Made by a program: the position numbers and the translations under genes
Assembly (NCBI GenBank): GCA_040954595.2
Contig: CM082593.2
Span: 10,925,477-10,989,476 of the forward strand
Length of the DNA stretch: 64,000 nt
Direction of reading: 5' to 3'
Source: Balanoglossus misakiensis
Taxonomy: Eukaryota > Animalia > Hemichordata
The notes under the pieces: model-generated
Told to the model about the DNA's origin: nothing
What the model saw: the letters and a program-made list of their open reading frames with translations, nothing else
The model's database searches: none
In this document: positions 10,801 to 23,700 of the stretch, piece after piece
Layout of the letters: the number at the start of each line of letters is the position of its first letter
How positions within the stretch are numbered: the first letter of the stretch is position 1

Positions 10801-13800
10801 AATGACAAATTTTCGACTTTGCAAAATCTCAAAATTTCGTCGATTTTTGAAGAAAATCATGGGTGAAAATCATCAAAAAATGACAAATTTTCGACTTTGC
10901 AAAATCTCAAAATTTTTTCGATTGTTGAAAAAAATCATCGGTGAAAATCGTCAAAAAATGACAAATTTTCGACTTTGCAAAATCTCAAAATTTCGTCGAT
11001 TTTTGAAAAAAATCATGGGTGAAAATCATCAAAATAATGACAAATTTTCGACTTTGCAAAATCTCAAAATTTCGTCGATTTTTGAAAAAAATCATTGGTG
11101 AAAATCATCAAAAAATGACAAATTTTCGACTTTGCAAAATCTCAAAATTTCGTCGATTTTTGAAAAAAATCATGGGTGAATAATCATCAAAAAAATGACA
11201 AATTTTCGACTTTGCAAAATCTCAAAATTTTGTTGATTTTTGAAAAAAATCATAGGTGAAAATCATCAAAAAATGACAAATTTTCGACTTTGCAAAATCT
11301 CAAAATTTCGTCGATTTTTGAAGAAAATCATGGGTGAAAATCATCAAAAAATGACAAATTTTCGACTTTGCAAAATCTCAAAATTTTTTCGATTGTTGAA
11401 AAAAATCATCGGTGAAAATCGTCAAAAAATGACAAATTTTCGACTTTGCAAAATCTCAAAATTTCGTCGATTTTTGAAAAAAATCATGGGTGAAAATCAT
11501 CAAAATAATGACAAATTTTCGACTTTGCAAAATCTCAAAATTTTGTTGATTTTTGAAAAAAAATCATAGGTGAAAATCATCAAAAAATGACAAATTTTCG
11601 ACTTTGCAAAATCTCAAAATTTCGTCGATTTTTGAAGAAAATCATGGGTGAAAATCATCAAAAAATGACAAATTTTCGACTTTGCAAAATCTCAAAATTT
11701 TTTCGATTTTTGAAAAATATCATTGGTGAAAATCATCAAAAAATGACAAATTTTGAAAAAAAAACGGGTGAAAATCATCAAAAAATGACACATTTTCGAC
11801 TTTGCAAAATCTCAAAATTTTTTCGATTGTTGAAAAAAATAATCGGTGAAAATCATCAAAAAATGACAAATTTTCGACTTTGCAAAATCTCAAAATTTCG
11901 TCGATTTTTGAAAAAAATCATGGGTGAAAATCATCAAAAAAATGACAAATTTTCGACGTTGCAAAATCTCAAAATATTGTTGATTTTTGACAAAAATCAT
12001 AGGTGAAAATCATCAAAAAATGACAAATTTTCGACTTTGCAAAATCTCAAAATTTCGTCGATTTTTGAAGAAAATCATGGGTGAAAATCATCAAAAAATG
12101 ACAAATTTTCGACTTTGCAAAATCTCAAAATTTTTTCGATTTTTGAAAAATATCATTGGTGAAAATCATCAAAAAATGACAAATTTTGAAAAAAAAACGG
12201 GTGAAAATGATCAAAAAATGACACATTTACGACTTTGCAAAATCTCAAAATTTCGTCGATTTTTGAAAAAAAATCATGGGTGAAAATCATCAAAAAATGA
12301 AAATTTTTCGTCTTTGCAAAATCTCAAAATTTCGTCCATTTTTGAAAAAAAAATCATGGGTAAAAATCATCAAAAATGACAAATTTTCGTCTTTGCAAAA
12401 TCTCAAAATTTCGTCGATTTTTGAAGAAAATCATGGGTGAAAATCATCAAAAAATGACAAATTTTCGACTTTGCAAAATCTCAAAATTTTTTCGATTTTT
12501 GAAAAAAGACATGGGTGAAAATCATCAAAAAATGACAAATTTTCGACTTTGCAAAATCTCAAAATTTCGTAGATTTTTGAAAAAAAACATGGGTAAAAAT
12601 CATCAAAAAATGACAAATTTTCGACTTTGCAAAATCTCAAAATTTCGTCAATTTTGAATAAAAATCATGGGTGAAAATCATCAAAAAATGACAAATTTTC
12701 GACTTTGCAAAATCTCACAATTTCGTCGATTTTTGAAAAAAAATCATGGGTGAAAATGCATCAAAAAATGAGAAATTTTCGACTTTGCAAAATCTCAAAA
12801 TTTCGTCAATTTTGAAAAAAATCATGGGTGAAAATCATCAAAAAATGACAAATTTTCGACTTTGCAAAATCTCAAAATTTCGTCGATTTTTGAAAAAAAT
12901 CATGGGTGAATAATCATCAAAAAAATGACAAATTTTCGACTTTGCAAAATCTCAAAATTTTGTTGATTTTTGAAAAAAATCATAGGTGAAAATCATCAAA
13001 AAATGACAAATTTTCGACTTTGCAAAATCTCAAAATTTCGTCGATTTTTGAAGAAAATCATGGGTGAAAATCATCAAAAAATGACAAATTTTCGACTTTG
13101 CAAAATCTCAAAATTTTTTCGATTTTTGAAAAATATTGGTGAAAATCATCAAAAAATGACAAATTTTGAAAAAAAAACGGGTGAAAATGATCAAAAAATG
13201 ACACATTTACGACTTTGCAAAATCTCAAAATTTCGTCGATTTTTGAAAAAAAATCATGGGTGAAAATCATCAAAAAATGAAAATTTTTCGTCTTTGCAAA
13301 ATCTCAAAATTTCGTCGATTTTTGAAAAAAAATCATGGGTGAAAATCATCAAAAAATGAAAATTTTTCGTCTTTGCAAAATCTCAAAATTTCGTCCATTT
13401 TTGAAAAAAAAATCATGGGTAAAAATCATCAAAAATGACAAATTTTCGTCTTTGCAAAATCTCAAAATTTCGTCGATTTTTGAAGAAAATCATGGGTGAA
13501 AATCATCAAAAAATGACAAATTTTCGACTTTGCAAAATCTCAAAATTTTTTCGATTTTTGAAAAAAGACGGGTGAAAATCATCAAAAAATGACAAATTTT
13601 CGACTTTGCAAAATCTCAAAATTTCGTAGATTTTTGAAAAAAAACATGGGTAAAAATCATCAAAAAATGACAAATTTTCGACTTTGCAAAATCTCAAAAT
13701 TTCGTCCATTTTTAAAAAAAAAACATGGGGGAAAATCATCAAAAAATGACAAATTTTCGACTTTGCAAAATCTCAAAATTTCGTCAATTTTGAATAAAAA

Positions 13801-14280
13801 TCATGGGTGAAAATCATCAAAAAATGACAAATTTTCGACTTTGCAAAATCTCACAATTTCGTCGATTTTTGAAAAAAAATCATGGGTGAAAATGCATCAA
13901 AAAATGAGAAATTTTCGACTTTGCAAAATCTCAAAATTTCGTCAATTTTGAAAAAAATCATTGGTGAAAATCATCAAAAAATGACAAATTTTCGACTTTG
14001 CAAAATCTCAAAATTTCGTCGATTTTTGAAAAAAATCATGGGTGAATAATCATCAAAAAAATGACAAATTTTCGACTTTGCAAAATCTCAAAATTTTGTT
14101 GATTTTTGAAAAAAATCATAGGTGAAAATCATCAAAAAATGACAAATTTTCGACTTTGCAAAATCTCAAAATTTCGTCGATTTTTGAAGAAAATCATGGG
14201 TGAAAATCATCAAAAAATGACAAATTTTCGACTTTGCAAAATCTCAAAATTTTTTCGATTGTTGAAAAAAATCATCGGTG
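7900..14280 (+). repeat. Higher-order tandem duplication, period 3337 bp
   Basis: Identical or near-identical ORF-track entries at constant offset 3337: 8250/11587, 8650/11987, 9039/12376, 9633/12970, 10169/13506, 10769/14106. Confidence 0.92.
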
Positions 14281-14739
14281 AAAATCATCAAAAAATGACA
14301 AATTTTCGACTTTGCAAAATCTCAAAATTTCGTCGATTTTTGAAAAAAATCATGGGTGAAAATCATCAAAAAAATGACAAATTTTCGACGTTGCAAAATC
14401 TCAAAATTTTGTTGATTTTTGAAAAAAATCATAGGTGAAAATCATCAAAAAATGACAAATTTTCGACTTTGCAAAATCTCAAAATTTTTTCGATTTTTGA
14501 AAAATATCATGGGTGAAAATCATCAAAAAATGACAAATTTTGAAAAAAAAACGGGTGAAAATGATCAAAAAATGACACATTTACGACTTTGCAAAATCTC
14601 AAAATTTCGTCGATTTTTGAAAAAAAATCATGGGTGAAAATCATCAAAAAATGAAAATTTTTCGTCTTTGCAAAATCTCAAAATTTCGTCCATTTTTGAA
14701 AAAAAAATCATGGGTAAAAATCATCAAAAATGACAAATT

Positions 14740-17700
14740 TTCGTCTTTGCAAAATCTCAAAATTTCGTCCATTTTTAAAAAAAAATCATGGGGGAAAATC
14801 ATCAAAAAATGACAAATTTTCGATTTTGCAAAATCTCAAAATTTCGTCGATTTTTGAAAAAAAACGGGTGAAAATCATCAAAAAATGACACATTTCCGTC
14901 GACTTTGCAAAATCTCAAAATTTCGTCGATTTTTGAAAAAAATCATGGGGGAAAATCATGAAAAAATGACAAATTTTCCTCTTTGCAAAATCTCAAAATT
15001 TCGTCGATTTTTAAAAAAAGACATGGGTGAAAATCATCAAAAAATAACAAATTTTCGACTTTGCAAAATCTCAAAATTTCGTCCATTTTTGAAAAAAAAT
15101 CATGGGTAAAAATCATCAAAAAATGACAAATTTTGAAAAGAAAACGGGTGAAAATCATCAAAAAATGACACATTTTCGACTTTGCAAAATCTCAAAATTT
15201 CGTCGATTTTTGAAAAAAAATCATGGGTGAAAATCATCAAAAAATGACAAATATTCGTCTTTGCAAAATCTCAAAATTTCGTCCATTTCTGAAACAAAAT
15301 TATGGGTAAAAATCATCAAAAATGACAAATTTTCATCTTTGCAAAATCTCAAAATTTCGTCGAGTTTTGAAAAAAATCATGGGGGAAAATCATGAAAAAA
15401 TGACAAATTTTCCTCTTTGCAAAATCTCAAAATTTCGTCGATTTTTAAAAAAAGACATGGGTGAAAATCATCAAAAAATAACAAATTTTCGACTTTGCAA
15501 AATCTCAAAATTTCGTCCATTTTTGAAAAAAAATCATGGGTAAAAATCATCAAAAAATGACAAATTTTGAAAAAAAAACGGGTGAAAATCATCAAAAAAT
15601 GACACATTTTCGACTTTGCAAAATCTCAAAATTTCGTCGATATTTGAAAAAAAATCATGGGTGAAAATCATCAAAAAATGACAAATTTTCGTCTTTGCAA
15701 AATCTCAAATTTTGTCCATTTCTGAAAAAAAATTATGGGTAAAAATCATCAAAAATGACAAATTTTCATCTTTGCAAAATCTCAAATTTTCGTCAATTTT
15801 TGAAAAAAATCATGGTTGAAAATCATCAAAAAATGACAAAATTTTCGACTTTGCAAAATCTCAAAATTTCGTCGATTTTTGAAAAAAATCATGGGGGAAA
15901 ATCATGAAAAAATGACAAATTTTCCTCTTTGCAAAATCTCAAAATTTCGTCGATTTTTGAAAAAAAATCATGGATGAAAATCATCAAAAAATGACAAATT
16001 TTCGTCTTTGCAAAATCTCAAATTTTCGTCGATTTTTGAAAAAAAATCATGGTTGAAAATCATCAAAAAATGACAAAATTTTCGACTTTGTAAAATCACA
16101 AAATTTCGTCGATTTTGAAAAAAATCATAGGTTCGTCGATTTTTTAAAAAAAAACATGGGTGAAAATCATCAAAAAATGACAAATTTTGAAAAAAAAAAA
16201 CGGGTGAAAATCATCAAAAAATGACACATTTTCGACTTTGCAAAATCTCAAAATTTCGTCGATTTTTGAAAAAAAAACGGGTGAAAATCATCAAAAAATG
16301 ACAAATTTTGAAAAAAAAACGGGTGAAAATCATCAAAAAATGACACATTTTCGACTTTGTAAAATCACAAAATTTCGTCGATTTTGAAAAAAATCATAGG
16401 TTCGTCGATTTTTTTAAAAAAAACATGGGTGAAAATCATCAAAAAATGACAAATTTTGAAAAAAAAACGGGTGAAAATCATCAAAAAATGACACATTTAC
16501 GACTTTGCAAAATCTCATAATTTCGTCGATTTTTGAAAAAAAATCATGGGTGAAAATCATCAAAAAATGACAAATTTTCGTCTTTGCAAAATCTCAAAAT
16601 TTCGTCCATTTTTAAAAAAAAATCATGGGGGAAAATCATCAAAAAATGACAAATTTTCGATTTTGCAAAATCTCAAAATTTCGTCGATTTTTGAAAAAAA
16701 ACGGGTGAAAATCATCAAAAAATGACACATTTTCGTCGACTTTGCAAAATCTCAAAATTTCGTCGATTTTTGAAAAAAATCATGGGGGAAAATCATGAAA
16801 AAATGACAAATTTTCCTCTTTGCAAAATCTCAAAATTTCGTCGATTTTTAAAAAAAGACATGGGTGAAAATCATCAAAAAATAACAAATTTTCGACTTTG
16901 CAAAATCTCAAAATTTCGTCCATTTTTGAAAAAAAATCATGGGTAAAAATCATCAAAAAATGACAAATTTTGAAAAGAAAACGGGTGAAAATCATCAAAA
17001 AATGACACATTTTCGACTTTGCAAAATCTCAAAATTTCGTCGATTTTTGAAAAAAAATCATGGGTGAAAATCATCAAAAAATGACAAATATTCGTCTTTG
17101 CAAAATCTCAAAATTTCGTCCATTTCTGAAACAAAATTATGGGTAAAAATCATCAAAAATGACAAATTTTCATCTTTGCAAAATCTCAAAATTTCGTCGA
17201 GTTTTGAAAAAAATCATGGGGGAAAATCATGAAAAAATGACAAATTTTCCTCTTTGCAAAATCTCAAAATTTCGTCGATTTTTAAAAAAAGACATGGGTG
17301 AAAATCATCAAAAAATAACAAATTTTCGACTTTGCAAAATCTCAAAATTTCGTCCATTTTTGAAAAAAAATCATGGGTAAAAATCATCAAAAAATGACAA
17401 ATTTTGAAAAAAAAACGGGTGAAAATCATCAAAAAATGACACATTTTCGACTTTGCAAAATCTCAAAATTTCGTCGATATTTGAAAAAAAATCATGGGTG
17501 AAAATCATCAAAAAATGACAAATTTTCGTCTTTGCAAAATCTCAAATTTTGTCCATTTCTGAAAAAAAATTATGGGTAAAAATCATCAAAAATGACAAAT
17601 TTTCATCTTTGCAAAATCTCAAATTTTCGTCAATTTTTGAAAAAAATCATGGTTGAAAATCATCAAAAAATGACAAAATTTTCGACTTTGCAAAATCTCA

Positions 17701-18445
17701 AAATTTCGTCGATTTTTGAAAAAAATCATGGGGGAAAATCATGAAAAAATGACAAATTTTCCTCTTTGCAAAATCTCAAAATTTCGTCGATTTTTGAAAA
17801 AAAATCATGGATGAAAATCATCAAAAAATGACAAATTTTCGTCTTTGCAAAATCTCAAATTTTCGTCGATTTTTGAAAAAAAATCATGGTTGAAAATCAT
17901 CAAAAAATGACAAAATTTTCGACTTTGTAAAATCACAAAATTTCGTCGATTTTGAAAAAAATCATAGGTTCGTCGATTTTTTAAAAAAAAACATGGGTGA
18001 AAATCATCAAAAAATGACAAATTTTGAAAAAAAAAAACGGGTGAAAATCATCAAAAAATGACACATTTTCGACTTTGCAAAATCTCAAAATTTCGTCGAT
18101 TTTTGAAAAAAAAACGGGTGAAAATCATCAAAAAATGACAAATTTTGAAAAAAAAACGGGTGAAAATCATCAAAAAATGACACATTTTCGACTTTGTAAA
18201 ATCACAAAATTTCGTCGATTTTGAAAAAAATCATAGGTTCGTCGATTTTTTTAAAAAAAACATGGGTGAAAATCATCAAAAAATGACAAATTTTGAAAAA
18301 AAAACGGGTGAAAATCATCAAAAAATGACACATTTACGACTTTGCAAAATCTCATAATTTCGTCGATTTTTGAAAAAAAATCATGGGTGAAAATCATCAA
18401 AAAATGACAAATTTTCGTCTTTGCAAAATCTCAAAATTTCGTCCA
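14740..18445 (+). repeat. Higher-order tandem duplication, period 1837 bp
   Basis: Offset 1837 for 14885/16722, 15322/17159, 15968/17805; shared rare variants (gaaaagaaaacggg, ctgaaacaaaattatggg, cgagttttg, ctcataatt). Confidence 0.92.
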
Positions 18446-20759
18446 TTTCTGAAAAAAAATTATGGGTAAAAATCATCAAAAATGACAAATTTTCATCTTT
18501 GCAAAATCTCAAATTTTCGTCGATTTTTGAAAAAAAATCATGGTTGAAAATCATCAAAAAATGACAAATTTTCCTCTTTGCAAAATCTCAAAATTTCGTC
18601 GATTTTTGAAAAAAAATCATGGGTGAAAATCATCAAAAAATGACAAATTTTCGTCTTTGCAAAATCTCAAAATTTCGTCCATTTTTGAAAAAAAAATCAT
18701 GGGTAAAAATCATCAAAAATGACAAATTTTCGTCTTTGCAAAATCTCAAATTTTCGTCGATTTTTGAAAAAAAATCATGGTTGAAAATCATCAAAAAATG
18801 ACAAATTTTCGATTTTGCAAAATCTCAAAATTTCGTCGATTTTTGAAAAAAAATGTGTGAAAATCATCAAAAAATGACACATTTTCGTCGACTTTGCAAA
18901 ATCTCAAAATTTCGTCGATTGTTGAAAAAAATCATGGGTGAAAATCATCAAAAAAATGACAAATTTTCGACTTTGCAAAATCTCAAAATTTCGTCGATTT
19001 TTGAAAAAAAATCATGGTTGAAAATCATCAAAAAATGACAAATTTTCCTCTTTGCAAAATCTCAAAATTTCGTCGATTTTTGAAAAAAAATCATGGGTGA
19101 AAATCATCAAAAAATGACAAATTTTCGTCTTTGCAAAATCTCAAAATTTCGTCCATTTTTGAAAAAAAAATCATGGGTAAAAATCATCAAAAATGACAAA
19201 TTTTCGTCTTTGCAAAATCTCAAATTTTCGTCGATTTTTGAAAAAAAATCATGGTTGAAAATCATCAAAAAATGACAAATTTTCGATTTTGCAAAATCTC
19301 AAAATTTCGTCGATTTTTGAAAAAAAATGTGTGAAAATCATCAAAAAATGACACATTTTCGTCGACTTTGCAAAATCTCAAAATTTCGTCGATTGTTGAA
19401 AAAAATCATGGGTGAAAATCATCAAAAAAATGACAAATTTTCGACTTTGCAAAATCTCAAAATTTCGTCGATTTTTGAAGAAAATCATGGGTGAAAATCA
19501 TCAAAAAATGACAAATTTTCGACTTTGCAAAATCTCAAAATTTTTTCGATTGTTGAAAAAAATCATCGGTGAAAATCATCAAAAAATGACAAATTTTCGA
19601 CTTTGCAAAATCTCAAAATTTTGTTGATTTTTGAAAAAAATCATAGGTGAAAATCATCAAAAAATGACAAATTTTCGACTTTGCAAAATCTCAAAATTTC
19701 GTCGATTTTTGAAGAAAATCATGGGTGAAAATCATCAAAAAATGACAAATTTTGAAAAAAAAAAACGGGTGAAAATCATCAAAAAATGACACATTTACGA
19801 CTTTGCAAAATCTCAAAATTTCGTCGATTTTTGAAAAAAAACCGGGTGAAAATCATCAAAAAATGACACATTTACGACTTTGCAAAATCTCAAAATTTCG
19901 TCGATTTTTGAAAAAAAATCATGGGTGAAAATCATCAAAAAATGACAAATTTTCGATTTTGCAAAATCTCAAAATTTCGTCGATTTTTGAAAAAAAACGG
20001 GTGAAAATCATCAAAAAATGACAAATTTTCGACTTTGCAAAATCTCAACATTTCGTCAATTTTTGAAAAAATCATGGGTGAAAATCATCAAAAAATGACA
20101 AATTTTCGTCTTTGCAAAATCTCAAAATTTCGTCGATTTTGAAAAAAATCATAGGTTCGTCGATTTTTTAAAAAAAAACATGGGTGAAAATCATCAAAAA
20201 ATGACAAATTTTGAAAAAAAAACGGGTGAAAATCATCAAAAAATGACACATTTTCCTCTGCAAAATCTCAAAATTTCGTCGTTTTTTGAAAAAAAATCAT
20301 TGGTGAAAATCATCAAAAAATGACAAATTTTCGTCTTTGCAAAATCTCAAAATTTCGTCCATTTTTGAAAAAAAATCATGGGTAAAAATCATCAAAAATG
20401 ACAAATTTTGAAAAAAAAACGGGTGAAAATCATCAAAAAATGACACATTTTCGTCGACTTTGCAAAATCTCAAAATTTCGTCGATTTTTGAAAAAAATCA
20501 TGGGGGAAAATCATGAAAAAATGACAAATTTTCCTCTTTGCAAAATCTCAAAATTTCGTCGATTTTTAAAAAAAGACATGGGTGAAAATCATCAAAAAAT
20601 AACAAATTTTCGACTTTGCAAAATCTCAAAATTTCGTCCATTTTTGAAAAAAAATCATGGGTAAAAATCATCAAAAAATGACAAATTTTCGTCTTTGCAA
20701 AATCTCACAATTTCGTCGATTTTTGAAAAAAATCATGTGTGAAAATCATCAAAAAATGA

Positions 20760-23700
20760 CAAATTTTCGACTTTGCAAAATCTCAAAATTTCGTCAATTT
20801 TTAAAAAAATCATGGGTGAAAATCATCAAAAAATGACAAATTTTCGTCTTTGCAAAATCTCAAAATTTCGTCCATTTTAAAAAAAAAAACGGGGGAAAAT
20901 CATCAAAAAATGACAAATTTTCGACTTTGCAAAATCTAAAAATTTCGTCGATTTTTGAAAAAAATCATGGGTGAAAATCATCAAAAAATGACAAATTTTC
21001 GACTTTGCAAAATCTCAAAATTTCGTCAATTTTTGAAAAAATCATGGGTGAAAATCATCAAAAAATGACAAATTTTCGTCTTTGCAAAATCTCAAAATTT
21101 CGTCGGTTTTTGAAAAATAATATGGGTGAAAATCATCAAAAAATGACAAATTTTTGACTGCAAAATCTCAACATTTCGTCGATTTTTGAAAAAAATCATG
21201 TGTGAAAATCATCAAAAAATGACAAATTTTCGACTTTGCAAAATCTCAAAATTTCGTCGGTTTTGAAAAAATCATGGGTGAATATCATCAAAAAATGACA
21301 AATTTTCGACTTCGCAAAATCTCAAAATTTCGTCGATTTTTAATAAAAGACATGGGTTAAAATCATCAAAAAATGACAAATTTTGAAAAAAAAACGGGTG
21401 AAAATCATCAAAAAATGACACATTTTCCTCTGCAAAATCTCAAAATTTCGTCGTTTTTTGAAAAAAAATCATGGGTAAAAATCATCAAAAATGACAAATT
21501 TTGAAAAAAAAACGGGTGAAAATCATCAAAAAATGACAAATTTTCGTCTTTGCAAAATCTCAAAATTTCGTCCATTTTTGAAAAAAAATCATGGGTAAAA
21601 ATCATCAAAAATGACAAATTTTGAAAAAAAAACGGGTGAAAATCATCAAAAAATGACACATTTTCGTCGACTTTGCAAAATCTCAAAATTTCGTCGATTT
21701 TTGAAAAAAATCATGGGGGAAAATCATGAAAAAATGACAAATTTTCCTCTTTGCAAAATCTCAAAATTTCGTCGATTTTTAAAAAAAGACATGGGTGAAA
21801 ATCATCAAAAAATAACAAATTTTCGACTTTGCAAAATCTCAAAATTTCGTCCATTTTTGAAAAAAAATCATGGGTAAAAATCATCAAAAAATGACAAATT
21901 TTCGTCTTTGCAAAATCTCACAATTTCGTCGATTTTTGAAAAAAATCATGTGTGAAAATCATCAAAAAATGACAAATTTTCGACTTTGCAAAATCTCAAA
22001 ATTTCGTCAATTTTTAAAAAAATCATGGGTGAAAATCATCAAAAAATGACAAATTTTCGTCTTTGCAAAATCTCAAAATTTCGTCCATTTTAAAAAAAAA
22101 AACGGGGGAAAATCATCAAAAAATGACAAATTTTCGACTTTGCAAAATCTAAAAATTTCGTCGATTTTTGAAAAAAATCATGGGTGAAAATCATCAAAAA
22201 ATGACAAATTTTCGACTTTGCAAAATCTCAAAATTTCGTCAATTTTTGAAAAAATCATGGGTGAAAATCATCAAAAAATGACAAATTTTCGTCTTTGCAA
22301 AATCTCAAAATTTCGTCGGTTTTTGAAAAATAATATGGGTGAAAATCATCAAAAAATGACAAATTTTTGACTGCAAAATCTCAACATTTCGTCGATTTTT
22401 GAAAAAAATCATGTGTGAAAATCATCAAAAAATGACAAATTTTCGACTTTGCAAAATCTCAAAATTTCGTCGGTTTTGAAAAAATCATGGGTGAATATCA
22501 TCAAAAAATGACAAATTTTCGACTTCGCAAAATCTCAAAATTTCGTCGATTTTTAAAAAAAGACATGGGTTAAAATCATCAAAAAATGACAAATTTTCGA
22601 CTTTGTAAAATCTCACAATTTCGTCGATTTTGAAAAAAATCATAGGTTCGTCGATTTTTTAAAAAAAAACATGGGTGAAAATATTCACAAAATGACAAAT
22701 TTTGAAAAAAAAACGGATGAAAATCATCAAAAAATGACACATTTTCGTCGACTTTGCAAAATCTCTAAATTTCGTCGATTTTGAAAAAAATCATAGGTTC
22801 GTCGATTTTTAAAAAAAAAACATGGGTGAAAATCATCACAAAATGACAAATTTTGAAAAAAAAAACGGGTGAAAATCATCAAAAAATGACAAATTTTCGA
22901 CTTTGCAAAATCTCAAAATTTCGTCAATTTTTGAAAAAATCATGGGTGAAAATCATCACAAAATGACAAATTTTGAAAAAAAAACGGGTGAAAATCATCA
23001 AAAAATGACAAATTTTCGTCTTTGCAAAATCTCAAAATTTCGTCCATTTAAAAAAAAAAACGGGGGAAAATCATCAAAAAATGACAAATTTTCGACTTTG
23101 CAAAATCTCAAAATTTCGTCAATTTTTGAAAAAATCATTGATGAAAATCATCAAAAAATGACAAATTTTCGTCTTTGCAAAATCTCAAAATTTCGTCGGT
23201 TTTTAAAAAATAATATGGGTGAAAACCATCAAAAAATGACAAATTTTTGACTGCAAAATCTCAACATTTAGTCGATTTTTGAAAAAAATCATGGGTGAAA
23301 ATCATCAAAAAATGACAAATTTTCGACTTTGCAAAATCTCAAAATTTCGTCGGTTTTGAAAAAAATCATGGGTTCGTCGATTTTTTTAAATAAAAACATG
23401 GGTGAAAATCATCAAAAAATGACAAATGTTCGACTTTGCAAAATCTCAAAATTTCGTCAATTTTTGAAAACAATCATGGGGGAAAATCATCAAAAAATGA
23501 CAAATTTTCGACTTTGTAAAATCTAACAATTTCGTCGATTTTGAAAAAAATCATAGGTTCGTCGATTTTTTTTAAAAAAAACATGGGTCAAAATCATCAC
23601 AAAATGACAAATTTTGAAAAAAAAACGGGTGAAAATCATCAAAAAATGACACATTTACGACTTTGCAAAATCTCAAAATTTCGTCGATTTTTGGAAAAAA

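Noticed and set aside
16254-16285. CENP-B-box-like words (TTCG...AAACGGG)
   Set aside because: The canonical box needs TTCG and CGGG separated by 7 nt (TTCGNNNNANNCGGG); the spacing here is much longer.
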